Made by a program: the position numbers and the translations under genes
Part shown: one piece after another, positions 26,751 through 40,187 of the stretch
Position numbering within the stretch: the stretch's first letter is position 1
How the letters are laid out: every line of letters begins with the position of its first letter
Notes under the pieces: generated by a model
What the model was told of the DNA's origin: nothing
The model's input: the letters and a program-made list of their open reading frames with translations, nothing else
Database searches by the model: none
Assembly: GCA_951406725.2 (NCBI GenBank)
Contig: OX597818.1
Span: forward strand, 103,850,001 to 103,914,000
From: Octopus vulgaris
Taxonomy: Eukaryota
Direction: 5' to 3'
DNA length: 64,000 nucleotides

Positions 26751-27885
26751 ATTATCTTCAAATATATTACTACGTAGCATTGACTACGAATAGACAAATA
26801 ACACGTTGTTTTCAGAAGGCATGTGTACATCATTATCACACATTATTCTAAACCTTAAATCTCTTAAACTGATTCTAGACTGATTATGAACTGACCAAAT
26901 AGACTAACACGATATATAGAAAATCATGAACCCATGCATGAAAAGTGTCTTCGTCATTGATTTCCAATTACATTTTTCTATGTTTTCGTTTCTTTTCAGA
27001 AAAATCATTCAATTTAACGAAACATTTTCAACATAGTCCTAATTATTTTCATCCTTCACCATTTCGCTGTATTTTCAATTTGGCATCACTCCAGGTCTCA
27101 TCGCTTTTGTCTACAACGTATTTGTCTGTCTGCTTGTCGCTTGATATATATTAGTTCTATTTTTTTTTCCTTTCTTTTTGTAGGGGTAATTTTATTTAAT
27201 GTTACTTTTAAAAAATACTTTGTTTACTAATATGTGGGTATTTTTGCTGTTTTCTTTTTTGTTTTTGTAATGTTAGAAAATCTTTTTTTTTAACTTCATC
27301 AAGCAATATTTTCCGTCTGATATACTCGACGTTACCGAATAATTCAAAACTCTGAGACATTGATAATGAAACGCCACTCATGTCGATGTAATTCCTTTAG
27401 ATTTATCTATAATTCATCAACAAACACGGGAAGTAAAACGTATATACTCACTCATTGAACAGTGAAACTAACAAAAACTAAGCTAAACACATATACACAG
27501 TCTTAGACCGAACAACAATTTCAAGACTAAAGAACATATGAGTGTGTATGTTTGCGCGTTTGGGTGTTTGCGTATGTGTGTATCAGCATCTGTATTAGTG
27601 TGTTTGTGCGTATATGCGGACACATACATGCATAGGTAGTTGTCTGTAGCTCAGTGAGAGCGTGTGTTGTCATACGCACAAACGATTTTAATAAGTTTAT
27701 AAATTTTCCTCGGTACGCTTTACAATATCTACATTCACATATATTTTTTTTTTCTAGGTTTAGCTCAGAGCTGCGGCCATGCTGATGCACCGCCGTTTTG
27801 TGCTATGCTGTTATTACGACGAACCTCGTCTAATATGTGGCACTTGGTGAAGAATGGAGTTTGATACAGCTACTCTCATTTGCAC

Positions 27886-27917
<32 letters not shown>

Positions 27918-27928
27918 CTGTGTGTGTG

Positions 27929-27984
<56 letters not shown>

Positions 27985-27985
<1 letters not shown>

Positions 27986-28228
27986 AATGCGCCCTTTTTA
28001 AAGCTTAGACAGGCACATGGGCCCGATTTCTATGGCGTATGTGTTCCCCAGCTGGACGGAACGCCAGCCCATCGCAGTGTTACTCATTTTTGCCTGCTGA
28101 GTGGACTAGAGCAACGTGAAATGAAGTGTTTTGCTCGAGAACACAACGCGTCGCCCGGTTCAGGAATCGAAACCACAATCTTACGATCATGATGCTGACA
28201 CTCTAAGCACTAAGCCACGCGCCTCCAC
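27985..28228 (-). mobile_element. tRNA-derived SINE family C (CORE-like and V-like segments)
   Basis: Minus strand gtggaggcgcgtggcttagtg (A box)...ggtttcgattcc (B box)...gagcaaaacactt...ctgcgatgggctggcgttccgtccag; (TA)n on both sides. Confidence 0.8.
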
Positions 28229-28354
<126 letters not shown>

Positions 28355-28393
28355 ACAATTAAGGAGGCATTTATGTGTAATAATACCCTCTAT

Positions 28394-28463
<70 letters not shown>

Positions 28464-28507
28464 CACGTATATAAATATATATATATATATTTACACGCAG
28501 ACACAAC

Positions 28508-28577
<70 letters not shown>

Positions 28578-29997
28578 GAGAGAGAGAGAGGCATGTGTGT
28601 GTGTGCATATAATTTTACGTGTATATTCTTTCATGCGCGTGTGTACTACACTTTGAGCACTTTTAAATGTTACTTTGCATGTGGCTACCGATGTATTTCT
28701 GCGTTTAAAATTTCTACACGACTTTATATGTCACGCATGACCTCTTGAATAAGTTTCTCAAATATAAATATTTGCAAATGGCGTAGAAAACGTATGCTCT
28801 GAAGTTGGTAGCATGTTTGCTTTGTTGTAAACAACTTGTCACATTTTCTCAGTTGTTTGGCAAAATAAATGAAGAGAAAAAATATAAAAGAATAAAAAAA
28901 GTATAAAACAAAATAAATCGAAGATACTAGAAATACAAATTCGGCGTAAATGTATGTGATCATATTAGGAGTAGAAATTATTGAATATAGAATTCATATA
29001 TGTTGATGGTTTGAGTTTTTCTTTTCACCTTTGCATTTCCCTCGAGGTTAAAACGATATATATATATATATAATGTGTGTGTGTGTATGTGTGTGTGTGT
29101 GTATGTGTATGTATATATATATATATATACACACACACATATATATACATATATATATATGCATATATATATGCATATATATATACATATATATATGCAT
29201 ATATATGTGCATATATATATGCATATAAATATATACATATATATATGCATGTATATATGCATATACATATATATATGTGTGTGTATGTGTATGTGTGTGT
29301 GCACGTGTGTAATGTGTGTGTTCATTTATGTGTGTAATATAATAATTTTATTTCGACCATGATACAGTGTCTTATCGTAATTTGCATACAGTGACAATAA
29401 TAAATCTTTAGCTTCTGAACGTAGACGGAGGGGAGAATATTTTTGAAGGAAATAGCATTATATGCCTGAGTTGATATAGTGGTGCTAAATACGCAGTCTG
29501 CCGTCAGAAATTCATCATTATGTTGCACTGACCAGATCTACACTTTGGGGTATCATTTGCCAAACGCATATCTTTCAGCAGCACTTATATAATTTTTGCC
29601 ATATGACGCGCGCACACATACACAGATACATAAATATATACACCATGATTCCGGTGTTAATAAATGAATATACAATGGCTTCAGGTATATTGTTTGCTAT
29701 ACTATGAGGTCAATTGCACTTGGAACAAAAAATGGCACAGAGAGAGAGAGAGAGGGGGGGGGGAAGAGAAACAGAAAGTGAGAATGAGAAAAAGAAGCAA
29801 AGAAACAAAAAGGAAGAGAGAGAAAGAGAAATATGTGCATGTGCACAGATGTCCCTAGACTTTCAAAATGAAGCACTTCTCCAGATGCCGGCAAATTGAA
29901 AAGTGTAGAATAAGAAAATGTCCATTAAGACCGATGAGAATAAGTAGTGATGAAACGTTTGTAAACGATGTAGTAAATTTTTCCCAACTCTCTTTTC

Positions 29998-30032
<35 letters not shown>

Positions 30033-30419
30033 TTCGAATGAATATGGTACTTAATTTAGATGCACCAGAATTTTGTATGGTGTTATCCATAAAAATTTGT
30101 GGGGTGATTATAATCAAAATAAGAAACAAGAATGACTCCGGTAATTTGATACTATCGTTTCGTACTACATCATTCCATTAAATGTTGTAAGTATTACAAC
30201 AGATTTAAGATGCTGAGTACTCATCAGCCAATTATAGAGGTTTTCCATTAATACAAAAGTTTTCAAATCAAGTGGCAACATTATAGAGAAGGTAGATATA
30301 CAGACAAAGATGTAGATTTAAATTTTAAGAACATATGAGGTAGTGAAGTCCTTCCACTGACTGACCATATATATTTGGATATATATATATATATATATAT
30401 ATATGTACCGGCAATTAAA

Positions 30420-31410
30420 GAGATCAGACCTTCCTAGTGAGGAGCGGCCTGGACCTATTCAACTGCCCCTCTGAAACAGTCAACAAAGATACCATTATTG
30501 TATCATTTGATGTTGTAAACATTTATACGACAATCCTTAATCAATAAGAACTAGTGACAATAGGTTTCCCGCTTGAAAATTTCCCTCGTGAAGTCTCAGA
30601 CAGAACTGAAAGTAGTTTCATCTCTGAAGTATTAAAATTCATATTGGGAAACAATATCTTCCACTTTAATCTCAGAATTTACCAACAAATATCTAGGGCT
30701 GCGATGGTTAGAAAAATCGTTCCGACTTTTCCCATTTCAGTCAAAACTTACATGAATGTCGAAGTATACGTACAATCTAAATTAAAATATGTTTTGATAT
30801 TCTACAAATATTTACTAGAAAACCATAAACGTTACTTAGATGACTGACTGATTTTGTGGAAGCACACATTTGACCAGCTTATTTATTTGAAATCCTCATT
30901 CACGGCATAAACAAGTGTTAATTGCACAATAGAATACAGTAAAACTCAACAACAATTCCTGGACATTCTAAGCATGAACACAGACAAAAACTTTACAACA
31001 GACCTTCATTATAAAACAACAGATACTAATCAGTACCTGATATTCTTATACAATTCCAAACACACGAAGACCAATATGCCATTTAATCTAATAAGATGTA
31101 GGTGAAAAATATTTTCCAACGTTGGAATTTAATACCAATGTCTCAGAGAATGAAAACAAATACGGCTTGAAAGAAAATATCCGTCAATATTAATATCCAA
31201 TAGAATAGAGAGTGTCAAAGCAATATACATTTTAGAATTACGGAAAGTAAAATACACCACCGATACACCGAATACTGTACCATTTGGCACAGCACACAAC
31301 CCCAGAACACACAGGTTTAAAACATTATCCACGAAAGCATTCTACTTCTGAGATAAGAACCAAGAATGAAACAAACATTCGAAATAGACAAACTAATTAA
31401 AAGCAAAAGA
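30420..31410 (+). pseudogene. Decayed Penelope-like reverse transcriptase
   Basis: IIVSFDVVNIYTTIP (~30493), KFILGNNIFHFN..IYQQISRAAM, RYLDD (~30830), FLDIL...TTDLHYKTTDTNQYL, KHTKTNMPFNL; starts just after a (TA)n tract. Confidence 0.82.
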
Positions 31411-31696
31411 TAATCAAAAGAAAACCTTCTTATAGATTATATGGTCCATTATTGTCACTGGATGTTCTCCATATAAGGGATACGATGAAGAGCATTTCAG
31501 ACACCTACTTTGGTAGTATGGTCTTGGAACGCACTGGCAGGCTTCTGAAATAGTATGACAGATTCCCGGTTGGTCTTTTGTAAAAGTTTGGAGGAATTAT
31601 CCCTTTCGTCCTCCCCATCCTTCTACGCATCCACCTCCACCTCCTCCCCTCCTCCACATCTACGTACTTCTCCGCCGCATCATCATCATCATAATG

Positions 31697-31907
31697 AAGG
31701 TGGCTATCTGGTAGACTCTTTAGCACGCTGGACATGATGTTTAACGACATTTTGTCTGTCTTTACGTTCTGAGTTCAAATTCCGCCAAGGTCGACCTGCG
31801 GCGAAACCAACTGTTTCTTTCATCCTGTCACAGCCAACAAAATAAATTAGCAGTCAAGCACAGGGGTCGATGTATAAGAGCATCCCAATGTTCCTAAAAT
31901 TGCTGGG
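31697..31907 (+). mobile_element. Meta-domain-type tRNA SINE (family D), old
   Basis: gttctgagttcaaattccgccaaggtcgac...ctttcatcct...ggggtcgatgta; related copies at ~34370-34490, 35178-35381, 40000-40187 (+) and ~22490-22640, ~43160-43330 (-). Confidence 0.7.
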
Positions 31908-32084
31908 ACTATTGTTATTAATACTATTTTTTTATATTTTTGTTATATTTTGTTTATTGGGTTTTACTACGGGAAACCATTTCATAACAGACGGATCTTT
32001 ATATTTTCGTAAGACAGGTTTCCGTATGTTTATATCTTTGCTATAGTATAATGAAAGAAACGAGACTTCAATTGATACATATAG

Positions 32085-32466
32085 TGGTACACCATCGCTT
32101 ACAACGACGAGGGCTCCAGTTGATCCGATCAGTGGAACAGCCTGCCCGTGAAATTAACGTGTAAGTGGCTGAGCATTCCACAGGCACGTGTACCCTTTAT
32201 GTAGTTCTCGGGGAATATTCAGCGTGACACAGTGTGACAAGGCTGGCCCTTTTAATTACAGGCACAACAGAAGCAGGAAGTAAAAGTGAGAGAAAGTTAT
32301 AGTGAAAGAGTACAGCAGGGTTCGCCACCATCCCCTGCCGCAGCGTCGTGGAGCTTTTAGGTGTTATTCGCTCAATAAATACTCACAATGCCCGGTCTGG
32401 GAATCGAAACAGCGATCCTATGACCGCGAGTCCGCTGCCCTAACCACTGGTCCATTGCGCGTCCAC
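32085..32466 (-). mobile_element. tRNA-derived SINE family B, tail type 1, near full length
   Basis: Minus strand gtggacgcgcaatggaccagtggttagggcagcggactcgcgg...tttcgattccc; Nin/Deu-like body as at 20437. Confidence 0.88.
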
Positions 32467-33000
32467 AATTGATTCATATCCTGTCTATTTATTTACTTAT
32501 TCAGTCAAGAAAATGGTGGATTTATGTTATTGTCTTAAGATTTATGATCTTAATATTGTTAGTATTATTTTTGTTTGTTGCGTCGTTTTAACGATAAAAA
32601 ATTGCACTGAGTGGTCGGTGTTTCCTATACTAGCAGATGTCAACATCTTATGTTGGAGGCTGGGAATTAAATTACAATTCATAAAAGGAGTTTCGAATAG
32701 TTAACTAAATCGTATTAGCTCTTCGAATATCAACATCAGCGCGAACAACATTAATATTAGCGACAATTGATAATTAACAGAAACATTGGTGCTCCTGTCT
32801 GCAAAAACATTACTGATATTATATTGATATTCTTTCAATAACAACAAAAGTAAGAAGGTTCTTTCGACTCGCCCACACGATTTCTAGAAATTGCAATTAA
32901 ATCGTCCGCGATTATTCCCTGCTGAAATGTTAAAAAGAGACTGCATTGAAAGCAACAGAACCTGAAAGGGAAAAGTGTGTACCGTTACAGCTAGAATCCT

Positions 33001-33244
33001 TTTGATATTAGATGTGTTGAGTTGGCGCTTTGATATTAGATGTGTTCAGTTGGCGCAGAGTGACAATTGTAGATGTAGTGCTCCCATTAGCAAGCATACT
33101 GACAATAGCAAATGTATTTAAAACTACACATAAAATATATCCGCTACGGATACTCTTGGAAATCAACAAAGGGGCTAAAGAACCGTCAGTGTTGGAAATC
33201 AACAAAAGTGCTAAAGAACCGTCAGTTTTGGAAATCAACAAAGG
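33001..33244. repeat. Two local tandem repeats: 28 bp x2 (33001-33056) and 36 bp x2.5 (33156-33244)
   Basis: tttgatattagatgtgttSagttggcgc x2; ttggaaatcaacaaaRgKgctaaagaaccgtcagtK units starting at 33156, 33192 and 33228. Confidence 0.9.
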
Positions 33245-35177
33245 AGTGAAAAAAATTTAAAACATTAAGTGTCAAAGCTAACTGGCTAACTGCATTCCGT
33301 TACATCTCTGGTATTACAGATCAGTCAGAAAACCCATATAGGCAAGGCTTTAAGCATATTCTTAATTGGATGCGAGAACATATAAATCATGTTAAGTATT
33401 TCTTTTCATTTGGATGTAATATATCGGTTGGAAATACTGGCGAGAGAAAATTTCATCGCAGCTAGGTTATTGTTGGAAAAGTTTATCTTACTCTTCATAA
33501 AAAAAATGATATCTTTCTTAGTCAGGTTGTTGACCAATGAGTAAAATAAATCGCTGAGGCCTGTTTGTTTCTGATTTTCTAAATCGGGATGCTTGAGTTT
33601 GCTATGATGTTACACTAACAACATTAGCGAGCCATGAAGTCGATTCAGAAGGTCAAAACATGATGGCAACAGGTTGTCTGTCTCTTTACTGTTTCATCGG
33701 GAGAGAATATAGTATAGCATCTTAGAAAGCACTTGGACTCTAAAAAGATGCTTTATTTCAGAGGGAGATGGTGGAGGAGGCGTAGAAGGATGGGGATGAC
33801 GAAATTTTGCAAAAGACCAACCGAGAGTCTCTATTATACCGTTTCAGTAGAGTTCCAGTGCCTTTGAAGTTTTCGTAAAGTTAGAATTTCTAAATGGGTG
33901 ATGTATAGGGTATTTGGACACATAATTTGACTACAATTGCTGTATTTCTAATGTTGTTTACAAATGACAATGAACCCCGCGGCACTAACACTAATATCTC
34001 TTACGCGCCACATTTGATGTGTTACCACTTTCCAAGTATTTCCCAATCTCAAGGCCAAAAGCGAAAAATTTCAGTGTTTCCATATAGAATTATTACTTCA
34101 GGTGGTTATTCTATTATGGTTTTAAGTGTTCTTTTGATAGATGTAAACCGATTGATGATTCAGTGGTGATTGTATCTGTGATTTCAGCTGACATGAACCA
34201 TTGTTAATTTATTTCTTTTTCGAAAGTGTAGTTTCGTTTAATTCTTTAGTGAAATACCTTATCATTTTACCAATAAAAATATTCAATGTATCTCAGCGTC
34301 TATGTGACTTATCTGCTCTTCAAATACGTGGCCTCCTCTTACGTGTATTTAATGATTATTTAAGTCAACGTATTGGCAGAATCGTTAACCCAGCAGAATC
34401 TTTTCGGACTGCTTACGTCCTGAATTCAAATTCCAACATTGAATTGGCTTTTCATCCTTTCGGGATTGATAATATAGAATACCAGTTCTGAACATTGCTG
34501 ACGTTTTTGCTAAAATTAGAAATAATATTGAATATGTATTTCTAATAGTAATTGCATTTCAGTTGATAGATATGAGCCCGCACGTAGTGCAAGAAGCTTT
34601 TTATCTGCATGCGATTGATCTTGCAACTCAAAGAATGATTCGTGCTTTTTAGATACCATTTTCTCGAGGGAATTTTCGAATACATTAAGGTGAGCTCTTT
34701 CAAGTTGATTATTTGACATTAACTGGTTCTCCAAGGCTTTTCAAATTTCAACTTAAACTTAGAAACTATGCGTAATCTCTAACAATATTCCCCTGTGAAA
34801 TCTTTATCCGGTATGTTATATTGCGTGCCAGTATGTTTCTAAGACAGATACATTAATGTTAATGGAATGTGTCGTCATACTTTACGATGATTTTCATACA
34901 TATCTTACGCAGATTTTATCGTGAACGAATACTCATCTGCAAATCTACAATCTTCTTACATTAACACTATGCAGGTTTTATTTTCAAATACGATTGTCAC
35001 TTTAGGGTACCGGCTTTCTTCAATATTATAAGTCCTTAAAATATTTTTCTGTATTCTAAAACAAACAAAGCGTAAACATGACACCTCCAAACCTAAAATC
35101 TCTTTGTTTCATTTATTTGATATATTGCTCTTGTATATAAAATCCTCTGATGCTTGTCAAAAATTTCCCTAGTCCTA

Positions 35178-35381
35178 AAGGTTGCGAATTGGTCGAATCG
35201 TTAGAGGGCGCAGTAAAATACTTAACGGCATTTCGCCCGTCGTTATGTCCTGTGAGTTTAAATTCCGCCGAGGTTGACTTTGGTTTCATCACTAAAATAA
35301 GTAGCAGGCGCACTCTCGGTCCTACGTAATCGACTTACGCCCTTCTCCAAAAGTTCTGGTCTCGTGCTAAAATTTGAAATC
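35178..35381 (+). mobile_element. Meta-domain-type tRNA SINE (family D)
   Basis: gagtttaaattccgccgaggttgactttggtttcatc...taatcgactta. Confidence 0.65.
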
Positions 35382-37095
35382 AATAATTTCTTTCGAATAG
35401 TAAAATTTTTTCAGACTTGCATACATGCAGAATTTTAAAATGGTACCAACAAATCTCCCTTCTTGTAGTATTATGTAATGTAATATTTGATCATCATTAA
35501 TTATTCGAGTTAGATATAGTTTGCGTTTCGCAATTGTGCACAGAAATGTTCTACGTCTTTTAATGTTTAATGGAAATATGGAAGACAGATGTTATCAAAG
35601 ATAATCGCTTATGAACATATATGTATATAATATTTAATCAACTGTGTTCTGGCTAACAGTCTTTGGAGTAATCATCAATTAAAACGTCTCTCATATTTTT
35701 TAGTATATCCTCAGCGCAAACCAGTCACATCGCTTCGTCCTTTTTGTCTGAAATATAATTCATCCGCAGACAGATTCTTCTGTTTAAGGATTTCAGTCGG
35801 TTAATGAGTAAGAAGAATTTGATGAAAAGTGACAAGAGATATAATTCCAAATGCATCAAAAATTTATTCTTGCACGTACTATATTAGCTTATAGCTAGAT
35901 CGTGAAAATTAAACATTTGGAATTTTTGTTACTCTGATATTTTCGTTTTTCGAATTTGTATAAAGACATAATTATAAGTTGTATAAAGACTGATTTCTGG
36001 AATGCTAATATTTGACAGACTATAAAGTCTGGAAATTTCCGGTTACATGGAAAATTGAAAACGCTACAGACTTTGTAGCTGATTACTAGGATGGAGGGAA
36101 AACGGTACTTTTTACACAGATTTTCAAAATATGTCTTTAAGGAATATATTTTTATTACGAAATCCTTTAAAAATCAAATCTGTTAAACTCTGAGGTTCTT
36201 AAATTTACAGCCAACTTAAAATTTTGAATAAAGAGCGAAAAATCAATTTGTAACACGTTTGTCATTCCTCATTTTACTTTTTACGTTCAATGTTACGAAT
36301 CGAATCTCTTTTGGTTAAAATCTCTAGCTCCGCAACGCAAGTGAAACCTCAAAATTGTGTGAAGTAGACTTTTCGACGCTCCTTTCTTTATTGTTTTTAA
36401 CACTAGGCTACCGACTATGTGAAGTCCATGAGATCTACATTACACACACATTAAAAATAAAATTATGTGGAAACCAAGCTGTGATTCGTGACACATTTTA
36501 GTGATTAAAATAATTAACATTTCCAATGTATTCGAAATAATTCTATGTCACAAAATAATACAAATCGTTGTAGTGTATTCCTTTTCGTTCCAGTAACAAA
36601 GCCAATTAATATCTTTCGTAGACTCAAATGACGAAACAGAACAATCAAAGATTTATTGTTTTGCAAATTCCTAAAACGACATAACTATTTGCTATGTTCA
36701 AAATAGCTAAAACTAAACAATTCTAATTGATTATCTCTGTATTTATCTTACAATGTGAAGTTTATTTTTTGTCTCGAACACCAGAATGTTTCCTTTTGAT
36801 TCGATTAAACCGCTAATGAAACCGTCTCGACTGCCCCCCACCATAAAAACTAGATGGTGCTTCTGTAGGGAGCTTTATACATCTTTCCACAGTTTGGGTG
36901 TGGCACGATAAGCTTCCTAGTTGCGTCAAATGCCGCTCTCGAATGAAGGTATCGATTTCTTTATTATCGGAAAATGTCTGTGTTAGAGGTGGTTCAGTAA
37001 CAATAGTGTCCTACCAAGTTGTTATTCGTGACACATTTTGGTGATAAACTAAGTAACATTTCCAATTTATTCGAAATAATTCTATGTAACTTTAT

Positions 37096-37306
37096 GCGTG
37101 GAAGCGCATAAATCAGACTCGAACACAGTATAAAGGTAAATCTGTGGGAACTTTCAAAATTCCTGCTCTAAACGTATCTTCCTCAAACTATATGGACATA
37201 TTATGTCCATGTAGTTTGAGGCAGTAAAGTTTAGAGCCGGAAGTGTGAAAGTTCCCACAGATTTCACTTTATACTGTGTTGGAGCCTGATTTATGCGTGT
37301 CCACGC
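37096..37306. repeat. Imperfect palindrome, 105-bp arms, 1-nt spacer at 37201
   Basis: ctcaaactatatggacata-t-tatgtccatgtagtttgag centre; atctgtgggaactttca / tgaaagttcccacagat; roughly 85% arm identity by eye. Confidence 0.9.
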
Positions 37307-38084
37307 CAGTTCTCGAATGTGGCTCCGTCTTCGTTTATCATGGCCAGTAAAATATTTTGTGGGTGCGCGAAGAGAGCATTACATTGTAGCGTTTGATCCA
37401 TTTCTTTCAAAGATTCATTCGTCTTAAACACGTTTAGAGCCCCATTTCTGAGGAAGCCCTGTGTTTAATTGTGAATCACATTGGCCTATAAACTTTCATT
37501 ATGTAAGCAGCAATTAACTTCATCGTGTTAGAAGGATTCTTGGTGCAAACACATAACTGTATCTTACGATCTGCACTTGTAAAACATCGAGAATGCGTCA
37601 CTTTACCGGGATTCCTTAATGTCATTTCAGATGAACATTTCCCTTCAGAAATAGACTGTTGGGTATCAAAAGGCATTTTTAATCAGTGCCGATTAAATTT
37701 CACAAAAATAAGTGTTTCATATCGCTCCAGTCTCTTGCCAATCGGCCAAAGAAATTCACTTGGGCCCGGTAGTTTTTCTGACGAGATCGTTAATAAAATG
37801 GAGTAACGGAATCTCATTTGTGTAGCACTGACACACAAACCAATGCAATATCTTTTTCGATTTATTCTCCAAAAATCTATTGGTGCGTCCTTTTGGTCCT
37901 GTATTGATTGTAGTATCATCGCAATATACAGCGATCGTGTGATTTGTTAGAATCTCATTGGCTTGTAAAATAACTCAACAAGCCACCGAAAACTACTTTT
38001 GCAGAACACGTTTTAACAGAAAATTACACAAGATAGCAGGACTCAGGTTCTTCTATCAATGAAGTATGTTCCTCTTGAATTACT

Positions 38085-38239
38085 TTCTATATTTAAGAGA
38101 TAAGGAATTATGTACATTATTTACAATTGGCAGATATTTGTCCTCATCTTGTTTGTGGTTAACACAACGTACCAGCATTCTTCAGGTGCCTTGGCGAAAT
38201 TTCGAACCTAGGTTCTCATTCTTAAGGTACTTTCGATAT

Positions 38240-38336
<97 letters not shown>

Positions 38337-38478
38337 GTTGTTGTTGTTGTTGCTGTTGTCGTTATTATTATTATTAGTATTATTATCATTATCATTATTA
38401 TTATTATTATTCATGTCACTGCCTGGAATCGAACTCGGAATCTTGGTGTTAGTACCCCGCGCTCTTAACCACTATGCC
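38085..38478 (-). mobile_element. tRNA-headed SINE-like element with internal (AAT/AAC)n and a hammerhead remnant
   Basis: Minus strand: ggcatagtggttaagagcgcgg (A box)...gagttcgattcc (B box), ~175-bp microsatellite, then ggcac-CTGAAGA-atgctggt-acgt-t-gtgtt (38188-38163). Confidence 0.65.
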
Positions 38479-38479
38479 T

Positions 38480-39492
38480 CTTGAATTGTTTCCTTACGAA
38501 ATGCCTTTCCCATTTGTTCACTTCTAAGGGTTGTGTCCCTCCTTCCATCAAAAGACAATGTCTTATGTGGTCTACTTTCCTGCTACAGGGATTTACGTGT
38601 TCTAGATATATTCCAGCCTTACCTTCGATTTGTCTATAACGAAAGAACATTCAACAAATGTTCTTGCCGTTAAGTCGCCGATGTCTGAACTTGTAAGAAG
38701 AGTAGCAGCACGGTCTGACACACTGGTGCAGTCAGAGTCACAAGCTAGTTCTGGGAATTTCATTCGTTGTAGTGGTGTTTTTAATTTACGTTTTTGCTGA
38801 CGGATTTTCAATTCATGGAAAATGGAATTGGAAATACTTCATCATCACCTGATGATCCATTACCTGATTCACTACTTGATAAACACGCTATCAATTCAGA
38901 ATCCTTTCCTGGCGTAAAAGGTTGACTATGATCTAACCGATTCTTCCTAATCAATCTCTGAACGCCCTATTTAGATACTGCTTGATCTAACGCGCCAATG
39001 ATCATTATTCGATTTGTCCTTTTATCCTGTGAAAAATCTTGTTCTCTCTGTGGTACATCTTTGTCTCTACTACAACTGCAGCTTTGAAAGGAGTTGCACT
39101 TGCAACAGGTAATGTCAAATAATTATTTTGTCGCATTGTTTTTAAATACATTACACTTTGTTTTAAACGAAGGCACATTTTTCTAGTTTCAACAGATTTT
39201 AGTAATGCTTTGTACTTTAGATAAAACTTGAAGAAGTTCGGTTTAACTGACTCAATCGTAACACAAGGGGTGGATGCCTTTTGCCAAAGAAGAATTATCT
39301 TTCCTGCTACAATCTAGAAAATTTATTTAGTGGAGGGATCTTTCTTAACTACATTCTTTTCTTTTTCTCCTCCAAATAAAACACATTTTAGTACGTCGTT
39401 GTAAAGTTGGCAAAAAATCACTAAAAGATCACAAATATTGTACCAAATGTTGAGCATTCAATATCATAACGCGTTATTGGTTTATGAGTCAT
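38480..39492 (-). pseudogene. Decayed hATm-like transposase, N-terminal part
   Basis: LWQKASTP, LFDITCCKCNSFQSCSCSRDKDVPQREQDFSQDKRTNRIMIIGALD, VSDRAATLL, VIDKSKVRLE; stops and frameshifts; catalytic region missing. Confidence 0.75.
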
Positions 39493-39999
39493 CACTAAAT
39501 GTAAACTACACTAAATTTAACACGGTCATTAATTTTAATACAATGGCCTAAAGTCAAGGTACAAAGCAGAAAACCCCACACACGTACGACGTACGCCCAC
39601 AAGCAACGACCGTCGCAGCGGCAGTGGAGGACGTCACACTCCCGTTCTATTTATAGTCAATGCGGAACCTCAGCATATTAGTCAATTGCATTGAAATTTG
39701 GTACGCAATCTTCTCAGAAAACTGTTGCATTCTGTTATGCAGAAATGTATTTTCGTTGCCACTTATAATCCATGAAATCCAAAAAAAGCGATTTTTAAAA
39801 TTTTCAATTGCGTTGCGGAACCTGAAAAATTATTTAACCACACAGCTCTTTATACACCTTTCTTTTAAACCTAATTTGCAACAAAATATCGACTCTTGGT
39901 TACCAATCTCGAAAGTTGCATTTTTCGCTCCATCCTACTGATTACGCTATGTTCCTCCAATGTAACTGGTAGCTAAAAATTCTGCAATTTTGCCCGAAA

Positions 40000-40187
40000 G
40001 TACGCCGACCAAAATGCTTAGAAAGATTTTCGTTATCTTTGCGTTCTGAGTCCCTATTCCGCCAACGTCCACATTATCTTTCTTCCCTTGGGGTCGATAC
40101 CATAATTACCAGTTGAGTAACGGGGTCTAGTAAATCGACTTACTCCCTCCTCCGAAACTAATGGCCCAGTGCCAAACTTTTAACTCA
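40000..40187 (+). mobile_element. Meta-domain-type tRNA SINE (family D)
   Basis: aaatgcttag...gttctgagtc...ggggtcgata...taccagttgag...aatcgactta. Confidence 0.62.

Larger units (their letters stand above)
36087..39937 (-). mobile_element. hAT-superfamily (hATm-like) DNA transposon, internally deleted, with cargo
   Basis: Imperfect TIRs TAGGATGGAGgGAAAA (36087, +) and TAGGATGGAGcGAAAA (39937, -); perfect 8-bp TSD CTGATTAC at 36079-36086 and 39938-39945; transposase N-terminal remnant at 38480-39492. Confidence 0.88.

Noticed and set aside
29925-30235. GATGA...GAAAC and CTGATGA words near (TA)n upstream of the PLE RT remnant
   Set aside because: No convincing stems; too degraded to call.
33156-33244. 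36-bp repeats as a CRISPR array
   Set aside because: Units are directly adjacent with no unique spacers, there are no cas genes, and the context is eukaryotic.
34516-34734. 72-aa protein-like ORF / exon on either strand
   Set aside because: The plus-strand AG...GTGAGC interval has stops in all frames; minus-strand splice sites are weak and no homolog is recognised.
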